DNA from: Escherichia coli
GTDB lineage: Bacteria; Pseudomonadota; Gammaproteobacteria; Enterobacterales; Enterobacteriaceae
Strand: one strand, 5' to 3'
DNA length: 780 bases
NCBI RefSeq assembly: GCF_003334355.1
Contig: NZ_QOWP01000101.1
Shown: piece by piece, positions 1-780 of the stretch
Position numbering within the stretch: the first letter of the stretch is position 1
Layout of the letters: each line of letters starts with the position of its first letter
Notes under the pieces: model-generated
The model's input: only the letters and a program-made list of their open reading frames with translations
The model's database searches: none
What the model was told of the DNA's origin: nothing
Position numbers and translations under genes: made by a program

Positions 1-328
1 CGGATATTGGCGCACCTCCGCAGCTACTGGCAAAATAGCCAGGACTCCACAAAACGCCTTTGTAGTAATACCTGACTGCAATATCTGGTCGATCTCGTCG
101 CAGTAACCTACCCGATACGCCTTTGAGGCTGTTTACCAGACTGGATATCGCCAGTTTGGGAGGATAGTTAATTAACAAATGGACGTGATCTGGTTCGCCA
201 TCCATTTCAACCAGTTCAGTTTCAAAATCAGCACATACATTTGAAAAGTAAGTGCGTAGTTTTTCTGTCGCGTCATAGTCAAAAATCTGACGTCGGTATC
301 TGGTGACAAAGACCAGATGAACATGCAT
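1..328 (-). CDS. tnpA: IS200/IS605-family Y1 (HUH) transposase TnpA; 3' end continues past position 1; alternative in-frame upstream start at ATG 391..389
   Basis: Minus-strand translation from ATG 328..326 is open to the window edge: MHVHLVFVTRYRRQIFDYDATEKLRTYFSNVCADFETELVEMDGEPDHVHLLINYPPKLAISSLVNSLKGVSGRLLRRDRPDIAVRYYYKGVLWSPGYFASSCGGAPIS. It shows the beta-1 motif HLVFVTRYRR (compare YHIVWCPKYRR in IS608/IS200 TnpA), the HUH motif DHVHLL (plus coords 179-187) and the catalytic Tyr context SPGYFASSCGGAP (Tyr codon at 37..35). The same frame stays open upstream to ATG 391..389 (adds MILWSVKKETDIRRGRHCVFL) and closes at TGA 445..443. Neither start has a strong Shine-Dalgarno (GGAAGG is about 16 nt upstream of ATG 328). 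Confidence 0.88.
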   Translation of the reverse strand, partial: MHVHLVFVTRYRRQIFDYDATEKLRTYFSNVCADFETELVEMDGEPDHVHLLINYPPKLAISSLVNSLKGVSGRLLRRDRPDIAVRYYYKGVLWSPGYFASSCGGAPIS

Positions 329-370
329 CAGGAAAACACAATGCCTTCCACGCCGGATATCGGTTTCTTT

Positions 371-404
371 TTTCACAGACCAAAGTATCATTTGGCCTGT
401 GAAA
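371..404. repeat. Imperfect inverted repeat / predicted stem-loop: 14-nt arms with one A/C mismatch and a 6-nt loop
   Basis: Left arm 371-384 TTTCACAGACCAAA, loop 385-390 GTATCA, right arm 391-404 TTTGGCCTGTGAAA. Thirteen of 14 positions pair; the single mismatch is 379 A against 396 C. It overlaps the tnpA alternative ATG (391..389) and the tnpB candidate GTG (399-401), and is preceded by a T-rich tract (363-373). Confidence 0.6.
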
Positions 405-509
405 CGACTACAGGCATTTAAATTCCAGTTAAGACCAGGTGGTCAACAGGAGCGTGAAATGAGGCGCATGTCGTTTCGTTTTCAATCGTGCTCTGGCGCT
501 TCAGAATGA
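399..509 (+). pseudogene. tnpB: Frame-0 ORF fragment carrying the conserved TnpB N-terminal motif, out of frame with the tnpB body; likely the original tnpB 5' end separated by a frameshift
   Basis: From GTG 399 in frame 0: VKRLQAFKFQLRPGGQQEREMRRMSFRFQSCSGASE, stop TGA 507-509. AFKFQLRP matches the TnpB N-terminal consensus KAYKFRLYPtkeQ. There is no ATG in this frame before 459. After residue M (459-461) the family-like sequence continues only in frame +1 (GACRFVFN from 463). Confidence 0.5.
448..452 (+). promoter_or_regulatory. Shine-Dalgarno-like AGGAG, 6 nt upstream of ATG 459-461
   Basis: AGGAG at 448-452, spacer CGTGAA, then ATG at 459. The ATG is in frame 0, which terminates at 507-509, so it yields only a 16-codon ORF unless the frame is corrected. 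The motif could also simply be coding sequence (QE) of the frame-0 N-terminal fragment. Confidence 0.3.
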
Positions 510-780
510 GAATCATGAGGCCGGTAATAAATACATCCCTTACGGGAAAATGGCTTCCTGGCTGGTTGAGTGGAAAAACGCCACTGAAACGCAATGGCTT
601 AAAGATTCTCCCTCACAGCCATTGCAACAGTCACTGAAAGACCTTGAGCGGGCTTACAAAAACTTCTTCCAGAATCGGGCTGCTTTTCCCCGATTCAAAA
701 AGCGGGGACAGAATGATGCATTCCGCTACCCGCAGGGCGTTAAGCTCGATCAGGAAAACAGCCGTATTTTTCTGCCGAAA
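463..780 (+). CDS. tnpB: TnpB/OrfB (IS605 OrfB family, RNA-guided nuclease family), N-terminal region only; continues past 780; 5' end frame-disrupted, so start is undefined and this may be a pseudogene
   Basis: Frame +1 translation 463-780 has no stops: GACRFVFNRALALQNENHEAGNKYIPYGKMASWLVEWKNATETQWLKDSPSQPLQQSLKDLERAYKNFFQNRAAFPRFKKRGQNDAFRYPQGVKLDQENSRIFLPK. It matches recalled TnpB N-terminal signatures: G-x-CRFVYN (here GACRFVFN), L-x-x-AYKNFF, FP+FKKK (here FPRFKKRG) and I-x-LPK. An in-frame TGA sits at 460-462 directly before the conserved Gly. The first canonical start in this frame is ATG 550-552. Confidence 0.8.

Larger units (their letters stand above)
1..780. mobile_element. Internal portion of an IS200/IS605-family insertion sequence with divergent tnpA (minus) and tnpB (plus); neither element end is in the window
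   Basis: Two divergently oriented ORFs whose translations carry the hallmark motifs of TnpA (Y1 HUH transposase) and TnpB/OrfB. In the divergent IS605-type layout the left and right ends lie beyond the 3' ends of both genes, so they are expected outside this window. Confidence 0.8.

Noticed and set aside
167-176. Perfect 10-bp palindrome GTTAATTAAC
   Set aside because: It lies inside the tnpA coding sequence (encodes LLIN next to the HUH motif) and has no flanking context suggesting a binding site; probably incidental.
1-360. CGGATAT 7-mer repeated at 1-7 and 354-360
   Set aside because: Too short to be significant, and the first copy is within tnpA coding sequence.
330-398. Sigma70-type promoters for the divergent genes (e.g. 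TTCACA at 372-377 with TATCAT at 386-391; TTCACA on the minus strand at 403..398)
   Set aside because: The spacers are wrong (about 8 bp) or the paired -10 element is poor; no convincing -35/-10 pair at 16-18 bp spacing, so no promoter is annotated.
371-404. Reading the hairpin as a Rho-independent terminator
   Set aside because: The T-rich tract is 5' of the stem on the plus strand, and the sequence 3' of the stem is A-rich on both transcript orientations, so no U-tract follows the stem.
341-421. Plus-strand small ORF (MPSTPDIGFFFHRPKYHLACETTTGI, 26 aa)
   Set aside because: It is short, has no recognisable ribosome-binding site or family similarity, and lies across the tnpA/tnpB junction region; most likely a chance ORF.
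1-780. IS ends, omega-RNA, CRISPR repeats, tRNA or rRNA
   Set aside because: No regularly spaced direct repeats and no RNA-gene-like structure were seen; the window is almost entirely the two transposon genes and their junction, with the element ends expected outside it.

Overview
The window is the internal part of an IS200/IS605-family insertion sequence with divergent tnpA and tnpB (IS605-type layout). On the minus strand, positions 328..1 encode a Y1 (HUH) single-strand transposase TnpA with both catalytic motifs present; it runs off the left edge. On the plus strand, 463..780 encode the N-terminal third of a TnpB/OrfB protein (the family known as OMEGA RNA-guided nucleases, ancestors of Cas12), running off the right edge. 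The tnpB 5' end is frame-disrupted: the conserved N-terminal motif is in frame 0 (399-461), while the body is in frame +1 behind an in-frame TGA (460-462). The junction region holds a strong imperfect hairpin (371-404) that overlaps candidate start codons of both genes. No IS ends, omega-RNA region, RNA genes or CRISPR repeats are visible in the window. All calls come from manual translation and motif recognition; no database search was run.
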